From an uncultured virus (IMG/VR IMGVR_UViG_3300042477_000802) (lineage: Duplodnaviria; Heunggongvirae; Uroviricota; Caudoviricetes), in the IMG/VR virus record IMGVR_UViG_3300042477_000802, positions 62,001 through 121,933 of that record: a DNA stretch of 59,933 nt. One strand, given 5' to 3'. The number at the start of each line of letters is the position of its first letter. The stretch's first letter is position 1. Below are positions 37,032 through 46,262 of this stretch, one piece after another. The translations under genes were made by a program, and so were the position numbers. The notes below the pieces were generated by a model. The model worked only from the letters and a program-made list of their open reading frames with translations, had not been told where the DNA came from and did no database searches.

Positions 37032-37077
37032 AAAAAGCCAAACAGGAGATCCTGGTGATCAGCCAGGGCTCCTGTTC
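37032..37077 (-). terminator. Probable intrinsic terminator
   Basis: AACAGGAG.CCTGG..CCAGG.CTCCTGTT hairpin then GGCTTTTT. Confidence 0.6.
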
Positions 37078-37180
37078 TTGTCTGCAACAGCTGAGTCGGC
37101 CACCGCTGACGCTCAAGAAGTTGAGCACCAGCGTAATGGTTAGTCAGGCATGGGAGATAACTTTCCTGTTCTGGCTCGTC

Positions 37181-37822
37181 TCAGTACAGATCCTTGCGGA
37201 TCTCCACCAGACGTTCCCGCTCCAACTGCGCCAGGGCAGTTGCCTTGGCGCGCGCTTCCGAGAAGAGCGGAGCCGCTTCCGCCTCTCGCTCGTGCTGAAT
37301 GATGGCCGCCACTGCCAGCCGCTCTCTCGCTTCCAGGTTGTTCCGATGCGTGCTGACCGTGTCAGGCACTCCCGAAACGTACCCCTGGATCGAAGCCTGG
37401 AGTCGAGCCGCTTCCTGCTTCTCAGTTTTAGAGACCGCCGGAAGATGCTCCCCTCGCTCTTGGCGAGCCTGACGAGCAGCCAGGCTGCGAGCCTGGAATT
37501 CCTGAGAGCCGAAGTCTTTGCTGACATCGTAGCCGATGAAAGCGTTGATCGCTGCGATCATGTCGCTGCGATGAGCATCTTGGTTGAAGTGACGAACCTC
37601 AGCAGGATCTGTCATGTAGCCTGCGACCTTGGTTCGCGCCAAGTACTCGCGATGGTCGATCTGCTCCGCACGAGGTAGCAGGCTGGAAGTGGGAGCTTCC
37701 TTATTGGCCTTGCGGAAGGCTGGAGTCTTGGGAGGCTTGACTTCCACCAGCTGCTTCGTGGGTTCGGGCGAAGCGTAGGCCGAGACGAAACCGGAGAGTA
37801 GACGATCGATGGCATCGGACAT
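37181..37822 (-). CDS. Hypothetical helical protein, first gene of the leftward arm
   Basis: Start MSDAID after GAGGT RBS; GC-rich codons. Confidence 0.78.
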   Translation of the reverse strand: MSDAIDRLLSGFVSAYASPEPTKQLVEVKPPKTPAFRKANKEAPTSSLLPRAEQIDHREYLARTKVAGYMTDPAEVRHFNQDAHRSDMIAAINAFIGYDVSKDFGSQEFQARSLAARQARQERGEHLPAVSKTEKQEAARLQASIQGYVSGVPDTVSTHRNNLEARERLAVAAIIQHEREAEAAPLFSEARAKATALAQLERERLVEIRKDLY

Positions 37823-38024
37823 GAGACACCTCACTGTGAGAGGGGAAGGAACTGGGGCTCACCACTAGGACCGAGCGACAAAACTTAGTCGCTGGGAGCT
37901 TTCCAGCGAGGAGCAGGGCGCCCTTTTCGGGCGAGAGAGACACGGCTCGTCCCTAGGGAGCAGTGACAAAACTTAGTCGCTGGGAAAAGAGCGAAGCGAG
38001 CTCTCTTAAGGTCGCTTCGTCCTA

Positions 38025-38231
38025 GGGTCCGTCCCTTGCTAGTCAGCAAAACCAATGCCAACTAAGACTAGATTACTTAGTCTTGGCAAGCTTCTTGCTA
38101 AAAAACAATTAATATGCCAAGCAATTAATTAATAATAAGTTAATACTTCTTAATAAAGTTATTAATTAATAGTTAGTTATTCTTTGATTAGTTGTTGGTT
38201 TGATTCTTGCTAAGAATCAAGAAGAATGCCT
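38025..38231. promoter_or_regulatory. Three inverted pairs of sigma54-type boxes
   Basis: 38025-38060, 38084-38119, 38196-38231, 6-nt spacers; two minus halves have a -12 variant. Confidence 0.65.
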
Positions 38232-38282
38232 AATGGGTTCCCGGGCTGGAAAAAGGTGGGGGATTCGGGGGACAGGCTGGTT

Positions 38283-38530
38283 TGGGGCCTCCCAAATAAG
38301 CAAATAGTTAAATAAGCAAATAAGTAAATATGTAAACTTAGAACTCTTAAACTTAGAACTCTTAAAATAAGAACAGAGTTAAAGAGTTAACTAAGCAACT
38401 AAAAATAAGTAAAAAGTGAAAGAGTTAACTAAGGAAACTTAAGATTCTCAACTGGAGCAGTAAATTAACTTACTACTCTCAACTAAGTACATAGTTAAAC
38501 TTAGGACTCCCCAATAGATTGACTAAATAA
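38283..38530. repeat. AT-rich short-repeat tract at the strand switch (candidate origin or terminus)
   Basis: 8-bp periodic AAATAAGC-like units, TAAACTTAGAACTCT x2, AAAGAGTTAACTAAG x2. Confidence 0.6.
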
Positions 38531-38743
38531 TTTCAAAAGAGGTGTTTTGAAAATTCAAAATGGGCCAATTGAACTTTTTGGGTCTCAAAACGCCTCAAAA
38601 AAGAGGTAATCATCCACTAAAAATGGTAAAAAGTGGGACAAAGTGGTAGAAAAAAAAACGTTAAAAACGATAAAGTATCTTATCACGTTTCAAAATTGTA
38701 AATAACGAGGCATATTTTTATAGCGCGTCCGAAGGAGTAAAAA

Positions 38744-38977
38744 ATGCTTATTTTGCTGAGGATTAGTTTAATTTTGTTAGTCGGATGTATTAATACAAGT
38801 TATTCTGTTAATTTTGGTGAAGCTAGTAAAGCTAGTAAAGCTAGTGAAGCTAGTAAAGCTAGTGAAGCTAGTAATTGGAGACCAGAAGAACTGAGGAGAG
38901 AGGAGAGATTGGGTTTATGTCTACGTGATGGGAGACGGGTGGTAGATTTATTATGTCGAGCCGGAGGTTCTAGATGA
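38744..38977 (+). CDS. Small lipoprotein with 9-bp tandem repeat
   Basis: LLVGC lipobox; (A/G)AAGCTAGT x5 encoding [EK]AS repeats; AAGGAG RBS. Confidence 0.6.
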   Translation: MLILLRISLILLVGCINTSYSVNFGEASKASKASEASKASEASNWRPEELRREERLGLCLRDGRRVVDLLCRAGGSR

Positions 38978-39633
38978 AGAAGATGATGTTAATGTTATGG
39001 ATGCTAATGATGATGGGATGTCAACGAGGAGGGGAAGTAGTGATTAAGAGTGGGGAGGAGATTTATCAAGGAGGGAGTGATCAGACGGTGGCGTTAGTGC
39101 AGTGGATGGGCGGGAAGTTACGAATTAACTGTGCTGGGGTCTGGATTAGTGATTATGAGATAGTGACAGCGGCGCATTGCGTTCGAGACCAGAAGAAGAA
39201 GGTCTTATACATTAAGAATAATGAGATTAAGGGGTTAGAGGTTCAAGGGAGAGGGAGAGAGGCGGAGGTGGTGTATTATGATGTCTTGCGGGACGTGAGT
39301 ATTTTGAGGAGTTATGGGGATAAGAGTCATGGAGTGGCGGAGATTCGGCCGGGGTTGCCTCGGATTGGGGAGGAGGTGCACATAGTGGGGCATCCGGCCC
39401 GAATGCCTTGGAGTTACACTCATGGACTAGTGAGTGGGTATCGTGTGGACTGGGAGCGATTTATCCAAGTGGATGGGGCGGTGTGGTATGGCAATAGTGG
39501 AGGTGGGGCTTTTGATCGGGAGGGTCGATTAGTGGGGATTGCGGTCCAATTGACGGAGGCGCCCGGGATGGCGTATTTTACTATCAGTCAAGATATTAAC
39601 TTAGCTTGGGAGAGAAGTAGAGGGATAAAATGA
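38974..39633 (+). CDS. Trypsin-like serine protease, putative lipoprotein
   Basis: TAAHC, RDVSIL, GNSGG triad motifs; MMMGC lipobox. Confidence 0.88.
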   Translation: MKKMMLMLWMLMMMGCQRGGEVVIKSGEEIYQGGSDQTVALVQWMGGKLRINCAGVWISDYEIVTAAHCVRDQKKKVLYIKNNEIKGLEVQGRGREAEVVYYDVLRDVSILRSYGDKSHGVAEIRPGLPRIGEEVHIVGHPARMPWSYTHGLVSGYRVDWERFIQVDGAVWYGNSGGGAFDREGRLVGIAVQLTEAPGMAYFTISQDINLAWERSRGIK

Positions 39634-40151
39634 GACTTGGGATATTGATGATATTAATGATTTGTTTAGGATGTGGGAAGAGATATTATCCGATGGGAGG
39701 ACAAAATATAGAGCGGGAGGTACATTTAATGTATGTGGATACGCGATTTAATGAAGTAGAGCGAGAGGGGATACGATTAGCTATTAAGGATTGGGAGGAA
39801 GCATTGAATGGGGTAATAAGGTTAACGGTCGTGGATTGGGACTTTGATATGGAGGTGGAGAAGATTGTTAGGAAAGGTGAGGGAGATTGGTTAATTTTGA
39901 AGCTTCGAGAGGAAGATGAGATGAGTGGGGATCGGAGGGTGTTAGGGTTTGTGAATAAGGTTGGAGGGGATACGATGTGGGTGGTTGGAGAGCGAGCGAA
40001 GGGACGGATTCGGGAGGTGATTCGGCATGAGATAGGGCATTTATTGGGGGTGATGCATCCGGAGATGGAGTTAGAGGATGGATGTCTGGGTTGGGAGACG
40101 ATGGAGGAGATTAGGAAGCGAGGGTATGGCGGGATGAGGTATTGTGATTAA
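39630..40151 (+). CDS. Metzincin-like zinc metalloprotease, putative lipoprotein
   Basis: HEIGHLLGVMH (HExxHxxGxxH); CLGC lipobox. Confidence 0.82.
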   Translation: MRLGILMILMICLGCGKRYYPMGGQNIEREVHLMYVDTRFNEVEREGIRLAIKDWEEALNGVIRLTVVDWDFDMEVEKIVRKGEGDWLILKLREEDEMSGDRRVLGFVNKVGGDTMWVVGERAKGRIREVIRHEIGHLLGVMHPEMELEDGCLGWETMEEIRKRGYGGMRYCD

Positions 40152-42409
40152 TGGAGGAGAGAGAGCAGGTCAATTTTTTGATTAAGTTGGGAGAGGGAGG
40201 GGAAGTCTGGGGACAGGAGATAAGGAATTTGGATGGTGGACGGGGGTTGTTGTGGGTGATGGAGGATAATTTTGGAAGATTGTTGGAGGAAGTCGAGTTC
40301 GAGAAATTTGGAGTATTGGGAATTGAGGGACATGGTTAGTTTATGGAGTTGGTTATTATGGGAGAGGAGTTGGAGGTAATGGTGGTAGTAGGCGCAAGTT
40401 TTAGTGGTAGAGGAGAAGTGGAGGACATTTTTAAATTTTCTATAACAGATGGGACAATAGAGGGGATTGATCATGTGGTCCTTAGGCGAGGAGGGTAGCG
40501 AGTTGTAATTTTTTAATAGTTTGGGGAAGATTTTGGAGATCTGGTTGGAAGAAGGGGAGGATTTGGGCGCCCTGGACATGGTGAATGATTAAGGAGTGGT
40601 GGAGAGGGTAGAAGTAGGCGATGGAGGAGAGTTTGGGACAGATAGAGATGGCGAGGGTTTCCAATTCTCCTTCTTGGGAGGAGTTGAGGGGGAGGATAAA
40701 TTGGAAGGAGAGCAGGTGATTGATATGGGAGCAAGATTTGATGACAATTTGAGGGGCGGAGAGGGGGAATTCATTTTTGAGGGGATGGAAACATAAGGGG
40801 CAATCGGAGGGGATGATCATCGAAGGGCCATGAGGGTATAGATTTTGGATCTTAGTTTATTGAGGTCAGAAAAATCTGGGGAGAAGGTAGCCTGGATCTG
40901 GATGGGGGAGATTTCGCCTGGAGTGGTCCAGAACTGGGAGAATTGGAGTAGGAAATCAATTTTGACGAACAGGTGAGGAGGGGAGAGGCGAAATTTGATG
41001 ATGGAGGGAGGAGAATTGGGATCTAGGATTTGGGCGGAGAAGTGGTGATTCTGATGGAAGCAGGAGAATTCTGTTTTGGAGGAGGACAATTTATTGGTGA
41101 GAGGGAGGTGACAGATGGGGCAATTCATAGGAGGGCCAGGTAGGTGGAGATTTTTTGGATCATTTTTTCTTTTGATTTGAGATCCGAGAGAAGGAGGAGG
41201 GAGGATTGGAAGGAGACGGGAGGGAGATGGGGTTGGAGGACGGAGATGTGGGAGGATTGGTCAAAGACATTGGAGCGAATGATAAAGGAGGTAGAATTAT
41301 CTTTGGTGAACAGGAATTCGTGGCTAATGGAGGCCGGGAGGAGGAGGGATCGTTTGAGATCGAAGGACAGGAAGGAGGATTGGATATTAGATTTGCAGGA
41401 TTGGCAGAAGGAGTTGAGGAACAAGGAATTTTGTTGGAGGAAGGATTGGAATTCTAGGGGATGGGAGGGAGAGATCTGGTTAGAGGGCAGGGCGATTTGG
41501 AGGGAGAGGGTATGGAAATATTTGGTTTGCAGATTAAACGAGAGGTTTGAATGAGAGGTGATGGGGTAATGAATGATATTGGGGTGCCAATTGGGGGATA
41601 ATTTGGCGGAGACCAATTGGATAGAAATTGGGGATTGGCAGGAGAAGCAGGGATTATTGTAGTAAATAAAGTCTTGGAGGGTAAATTTCTCCATGGAGGT
41701 CTCTGGGTAAAAAGGTAAAGCTTACGAGTGGGTAGGTCAAGAGGGGGATAATTTTTTAAGATAGCAGGACATAGGTGTGTAATTTTTTTAATAATTGGGG
41801 GCGAGGGAGTTGGAGTAATTCGGAGATATTGGTAGTATCTGGGAGAGAAATTTTCAAGGGGGAGATAGTTTCGGGGACTTGGGAGAAGAGCAATTGATAT
41901 TTAGTTTTACTATTTTCTCTCCACATTTGGATGACGAAGACATTATTTTCTTGGGGATTGGGGATGGAGTAATATTCTTCCAGGACGGCGTTCCAATGTG
42001 GAGGAGTTTTATGAGAATACCATGGGGTTAAGAATTTATTTTTTCTTAAAAAGAAGAATGATTCTTGGAGGAAGCAGCCTTGATTCATATTAATTTCCAG
42101 GGAAGAATTTTGTTGTTCGGCGATGATGGCGGAGGGATTACAGAGGTAATAAAAATAAATTTCTTCCATATTATGGAGCGTGGTGTCATGGGGACTAATT
42201 TTGATAGTATCTTTATGGAGGTCTAATTGAAAGGGAAGACCTTTATGTTCCAGCGGTTGGAGGGTAAGGATATTATTACGGGGCGGTAAATTTTGGACAT
42301 ATACATTAAGATAATTAAAGATGGAGATGGTGGGTTGGGCGTACAGGGTTAATTTATTGTGGCAGATGGGGCAATATTTAATGGGCTGGATAAATTTTTT
42401 GAGATACAT
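40148..42409 (-). CDS. Five related CxxC Zn-ribbon proteins (40148-40474, 40482-40820, 40817-41128, 41125-41694, 41756-42409)
   Basis: N-terminal CPIC/CPLC/CFSC and C-terminal PD..L..L..KI..L tails; coupled starts/stops. Confidence 0.7.
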
Positions 42410-42439
42410 ATCTCATATATATAGCGGTAGGAGCACATT

Positions 42440-42850
42440 TTGAGAAGTAGAAAATATTTAGATTGGCCAAAGAATCATCGAGAGCAAATGGAGAAAATAA
42501 AGCGCAGTCATCTAGTCATTGACTTAAGTGAGATGACAGAAGATCAAATTTTAGCCGAGTTACAATTGGGCGGACAATTTATTATTGGGGCCTTCTTATT
42601 AAGATGTCGTTGGGTAGGAGAGACTCGGGAATTAGATGTTAATCTCTGGGAACAGACACGAGTTTGTTTAATGGGTAAAGAAAGTACCTTACATATTAAA
42701 TTTCGGGTTCAGGAAGACTTTCGGTTTAAGAATCAAGACTGGTTAACATATTTTAATATGTCTGGGCAAGGGGAGAAGATCCCGGAGCAGGTAGTAGTAG
42801 AGATCATTCGGTGGATTCAAGGGATCCAGAAGATGGCTTATTTACTGTAG
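42440..42850 (+). CDS. Hypothetical protein
   Basis: AGGAG RBS before TTG start. Confidence 0.65.
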   Translation: MRSRKYLDWPKNHREQMEKIKRSHLVIDLSEMTEDQILAELQLGGQFIIGAFLLRCRWVGETRELDVNLWEQTRVCLMGKESTLHIKFRVQEDFRFKNQDWLTYFNMSGQGEKIPEQVVVEIIRWIQGIQKMAYLL

Positions 42851-42921
42851 AGATCGACCTAAGCACCTTTCCCTATGATATATCCCGATCAAGTGTCGAG
42901 AGACGGTTGGAGAATGAGAAA

Positions 42922-42953
42922 AAATAGCGATAATTTTTAGGTTATCGCTATTT
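42922..42953. terminator. Hairpin between convergent genes
   Basis: AAATAGCGATAA / TTATCGCTATTT inverted repeat. Confidence 0.6.
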
Positions 42954-43043
42954 AAGATAATTATTTAGTTGTAATGAGTGTACTATCGAACTAACGGACC
43001 TGATAGTGAGTCCTAACTAATCTACTCTTGACACTAAGAGTTT

Positions 43044-43670
43044 TTACAGCACATCTTCTTCAAACATGGGGCTATTTTTATATTGTGGAAGTTCCATTAA
43101 CATTTCGGCCCAATGCAAAGCTTCGGCATCGGTATAATTTTGGTAGTTATCTAATACTTTTTCTTTAAATAATTTCAAGGCTTGTTGAGTTTCGGGGCCG
43201 AAGATACCATCCGTTTTGATGGGGACGCCAAAACCTTTTAAGGTTAAGATTTTACCGAGGGCTCGTTGTTGGTCGGGGGTGACTTGAAAGGTAGGAGATT
43301 TAGTGGATGGACTGACAGTCGCCGGCATTTCTCTGGGAGCCGTCATTAATTGTTGAGCTAATTGTTGTGCTTTTTTCAAGGCATCATCAGCGGTCGTATT
43401 AGTATTACGATATGTTAAATTATTAAGAGCAGTGATAATCTCTTGGGCTTTTAAGCCTTGTGATGGAAACATAATTCCATTATTTAATAGATTGAATAGT
43501 TTTTCATTTTTAACATTAGCTTGTAATAAGGTATCTTTTATTTGTTGTAAGACTTGTTGGGTCTCACTATCTACTGATTGGGCTAATGCTTTTAAAAAGC
43601 TAGAACGGTCGCCATACAGGGCTAATTTTTCAAAGACTTCTACTTTTTTGATCAGCTGATTATGTTTCAT
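43044..43670 (-). CDS. Protein with C-terminal peptidoglycan-binding-like domain
   Basis: QRAL...GFG...DGIFGPETQQALKLF. Confidence 0.72.
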   Translation of the reverse strand: MKHNQLIKKVEVFEKLALYGDRSSFLKALAQSVDSETQQVLQQIKDTLLQANVKNEKLFNLLNNGIMFPSQGLKAQEIITALNNLTYRNTNTTADDALKKAQQLAQQLMTAPREMPATVSPSTKSPTFQVTPDQQRALGKILTLKGFGVPIKTDGIFGPETQQALKLFKEKVLDNYQNYTDAEALHWAEMLMELPQYKNSPMFEEDVL

Positions 43671-43723
43671 ATTTTCTCACATGATGAAAAAGACTACTCC
43701 AAAGATATGTCGATATGCCCTGG

Positions 43724-44215
43724 TTATTTTCGATTAATGAAGGCGGGATTATTATAGATATTATCTGGATTAGCGTCATGCACACCACTTGAATCGGCCA
43801 ATTGATCCACCACGATACCACCTAATTTAGTTGGTTTAGAGAAGGTTTGGGGCAAAACAATCACATTTGGAGAATTGACACTTCTTAAGAGATCATAGAT
43901 ATTGATGCGTTGCAGGTCATACGAATTACCTGGCGGACCAAACTTATTCGTTTCTACTGTCACTAAACCTTGTTTATAGAACAGGACAATATCGGATAAG
44001 GATCTATTAGTAGTATCTTGTAAGGTCGGGAGCGTGACTAACAGTCTTAGATTATTGAATTGGAGAGAGGCAGGATAATTGGGATCAGCGGTGATTCGGG
44101 CATCAAATTCAGTTTTGGTGATAATTTCTGACAATTTGAGTTGGGAGTGGAGGGTAGTTTGGGTAATGGAATTAAAATCGAAATTGATAAAAATAATGGC
44201 GGCGGGTATATGCAT
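43724..44215 (-). CDS. Hypothetical protein
   Basis: 163-aa ORF divergent from dut operon. Confidence 0.65.
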   Translation of the reverse strand: MHIPAAIIFINFDFNSITQTTLHSQLKLSEIITKTEFDARITADPNYPASLQFNNLRLLVTLPTLQDTTNRSLSDIVLFYKQGLVTVETNKFGPPGNSYDLQRINIYDLLRSVNSPNVIVLPQTFSKPTKLGGIVVDQLADSSGVHDANPDNIYNNPAFINRK

Positions 44216-44274
44216 GGTGACTCTCTTGTTTAATATTCCAAAATAGCCCGATAAATTTTTAACTTAATCGAGTC

Positions 44275-44302
44275 TTGACAACAAAATTTTAACATTTATC
44301 AT
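44275..44302 (+). promoter_or_regulatory. Sigma70-type promoter
   Basis: TTGACA-N16-TATCAT upstream of dut. Confidence 0.55.
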
Positions 44303-44309
44303 AAGGAAC

Positions 44310-44861
44310 ATGATGGAACAACCAATTTTTAAATTCGCTTTACGAGAAGATTTACAATCTGACAAACAATTTCTACCAACTCGGGCCGAGCCTCAAGCTT
44401 CGGGGTGGGATGTGAGAGCTGCTTTGATGGATCGCCAATCTGTAACATTATTGCCTTTTGACCATATTAAAATTCCATTAGGCTTTCGGTCTTTTTGTCC
44501 GGAGGGATGGTGGTATGAATTGAAGCCTCGTTCTTCTACCTTTGCCAAGAAGCATTTACATAGTTTATATGGCACCATTGATCAGAACTTTGAAGGAGAA
44601 TTAGTTTTTGCATGTCAGTACCTCCCTCCCTTAAGGAAAGGTCAACTACTGATTGGTAGTAATTATCTGTTCTCTGATTTTATGATGAAAAATCAATTGG
44701 AAATAAAATTTGGAGAAGCGATTGGGCAATTAATCCCTAAGCGTCGAGAAGAGATGCAGGTAATAGAAGTTAGCAATCAAGAATATGAACAATTATGTCA
44801 ACAACGAGCTGGGATTCGAGGCTCTGGTGGCTTTGGATCTACCGATCAAGGAAAAATATGA
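44310..44861 (+). CDS. dut: Trimeric dUTPase
   Basis: SGWDV, PRSS, GTIDQNFEGE, IGQL, RGSGGFGST motifs. Confidence 0.92.
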   Translation: MMEQPIFKFALREDLQSDKQFLPTRAEPQASGWDVRAALMDRQSVTLLPFDHIKIPLGFRSFCPEGWWYELKPRSSTFAKKHLHSLYGTIDQNFEGELVFACQYLPPLRKGQLLIGSNYLFSDFMMKNQLEIKFGEAIGQLIPKRREEMQVIEVSNQEYEQLCQQRAGIRGSGGFGSTDQGKI

Positions 44862-46015
44862 AAGAGACAACTAATCAGTTAGCAGAAAATTTACGAGTAG
44901 ATGACGCGGCTTCTCTCGAAAATAATACTTCGAGATTTGGGGGACCATTTCGAAGAACTCCAACTCTCTCGGTCGAAAGTTTGAATCGGCCAATTTTTTG
45001 TGAGATGGAATTTAAAGTCCCATCAGTTGGAGATGGATATTCTCAGTTAGGTTTTAACCCGGAGACATTATCTATGGAAGAGGTATTTGATGAATATCAA
45101 AAAATTCTGAATAAAGAAACTTTTGCTCAAGTAAAAGGTGAATTCTTACAAGAAATAAGTGATACATTGAGAAAGTATTCTAAATATTTAAGAAGCCCCA
45201 CTTCTAATAAATTTACTGGATCTTTTTGGAGAGAAGATAATGCTTCCGTGCCTAAAGCATCTGAATTGCCAGCTCAGCCAATAACTAGTGATTCTTTACC
45301 GGAGCCTCCAGAACCGTTGCTGTCTCAGGAGCAACAGCAAGAAATAAATAATTTGTACCAAAAATACGAAGAATATACTCTTAATAAATTTAAGACTCTC
45401 AGTCCAGAGATAGCTAATAACTATACTGAGGGAAAAGATTATTATGACCGGGATGAGGCTTGGATTCAAACTTTTTCTGGATATCGGTTTAATCCTACCA
45501 ATCCTAATGTCAATGCTATTGTTATTCAAGACATTGCGCATGCCTTATCGATGCAATGTCGATTTAGCGGACATATTAAGAAATTCTATTCAGTGGCGCA
45601 GCATTCGGTGTTAGTGAGCTACCTATGTGATCGGTCAGATGCATTATGGGGCTTATTACACGATGGATCTGAAGCATATTTGGTTGATGTTCCGCGACCC
45701 TTGAAAAGGTCCGGGAAATTTGAAGGATATTTATCATTTGAGAAGAAGGTTCAAGCCGCCATTTGTCAAAGATTTGGGTTAGAAGGAGAAGAGCCGGAGT
45801 CAGTTAAGTTAGCTGATAAGTTATTATTAGTGACGGAGGCTCGTGATTTGATGCCCTCTTTACGACCAGATTGGATCCAAGAAATGGAACCATTACCTGT
45901 TCAGATTATAGCTTTAAGTCCGGAAGAGTCTAAGCAATTGTTTTTAAAGAGATTTTTTGAATTAACCTCTGGAATAGAGGCTTATGATCAGTATTTAGAT
46001 ACTGTTAAGGGCTAA
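44858..46015 (+). CDS. HD-domain 5'-deoxynucleotidase (YfbR-like) with N-terminal extension
   Basis: DIAHALSMQCRFSGH..FYSVAQHS..LLHDGSEAYLVDVP; ATGA overlap with dut. Confidence 0.85.
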   Translation: MKETTNQLAENLRVDDAASLENNTSRFGGPFRRTPTLSVESLNRPIFCEMEFKVPSVGDGYSQLGFNPETLSMEEVFDEYQKILNKETFAQVKGEFLQEISDTLRKYSKYLRSPTSNKFTGSFWREDNASVPKASELPAQPITSDSLPEPPEPLLSQEQQQEINNLYQKYEEYTLNKFKTLSPEIANNYTEGKDYYDRDEAWIQTFSGYRFNPTNPNVNAIVIQDIAHALSMQCRFSGHIKKFYSVAQHSVLVSYLCDRSDALWGLLHDGSEAYLVDVPRPLKRSGKFEGYLSFEKKVQAAICQRFGLEGEEPESVKLADKLLLVTEARDLMPSLRPDWIQEMEPLPVQIIALSPEESKQLFLKRFFELTSGIEAYDQYLDTVKG

Positions 46016-46018
46016 AAT

Positions 46019-46252
46019 ATGAAGAAACCAGAAAATAAGCCTAAATTTATGTTTGACGTAAAGGTGGAGTGTCTGTTGCCGGCGACTTTAACTTATCAAG
46101 TGTTAGCAGAAACAGCGGAAGAGGCAGCGACTTTGATTAAGGGGAAATCTCCAATTTCTGTCAAGCATAAATTAGCGGGCCGAAAAGAATTAAAATTGAT
46201 AGTGTATCAAACTGGCAGTTTGATGATTAAATTTATTAAAAATTTTTGGTAA
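46019..46252 (+). CDS. Hypothetical protein
   Basis: ORF in operon. Confidence 0.6.
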   Translation: MKKPENKPKFMFDVKVECLLPATLTYQVLAETAEEAATLIKGKSPISVKHKLAGRKELKLIVYQTGSLMIKFIKNFW

Positions 46253-46262
46253 GAGGTTAATT

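Larger units (their letters stand above)
31746..37984 (-). repeat. 18 same-orientation copies of TTAGTCGCTGGG (minus strand CCCAGCGACTAA), putative phage promoter element
   Basis: Starts at 31746, 32958, 33022, 33707, 33964, 34042, 34135, 34217, 35254, 35705, 35817, 35873, 35960, 36471, 36774, 36861, 37885, 37973. Confidence 0.9.

Noticed and set aside
35960..37943. Track ORFs spanning regulatory DNA (35960-36214, 36018-36269, the 5' part of 36485-36955, 37701-37943) and plus-strand ORFs at 33108, 34912 and 37055
   Set aside because: They run through motif, terminator and sigma54 arrays or are antisense to better-supported genes with clear RBSs.
34263..38231. Tyrosine-recombinase (loxP/dif-like) site reading of the inverted pairs
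   Set aside because: Spacer length (5 or 6 nt) and sequence vary, and the arms conserve only sigma54-type positions; disfavoured but not fully excluded.
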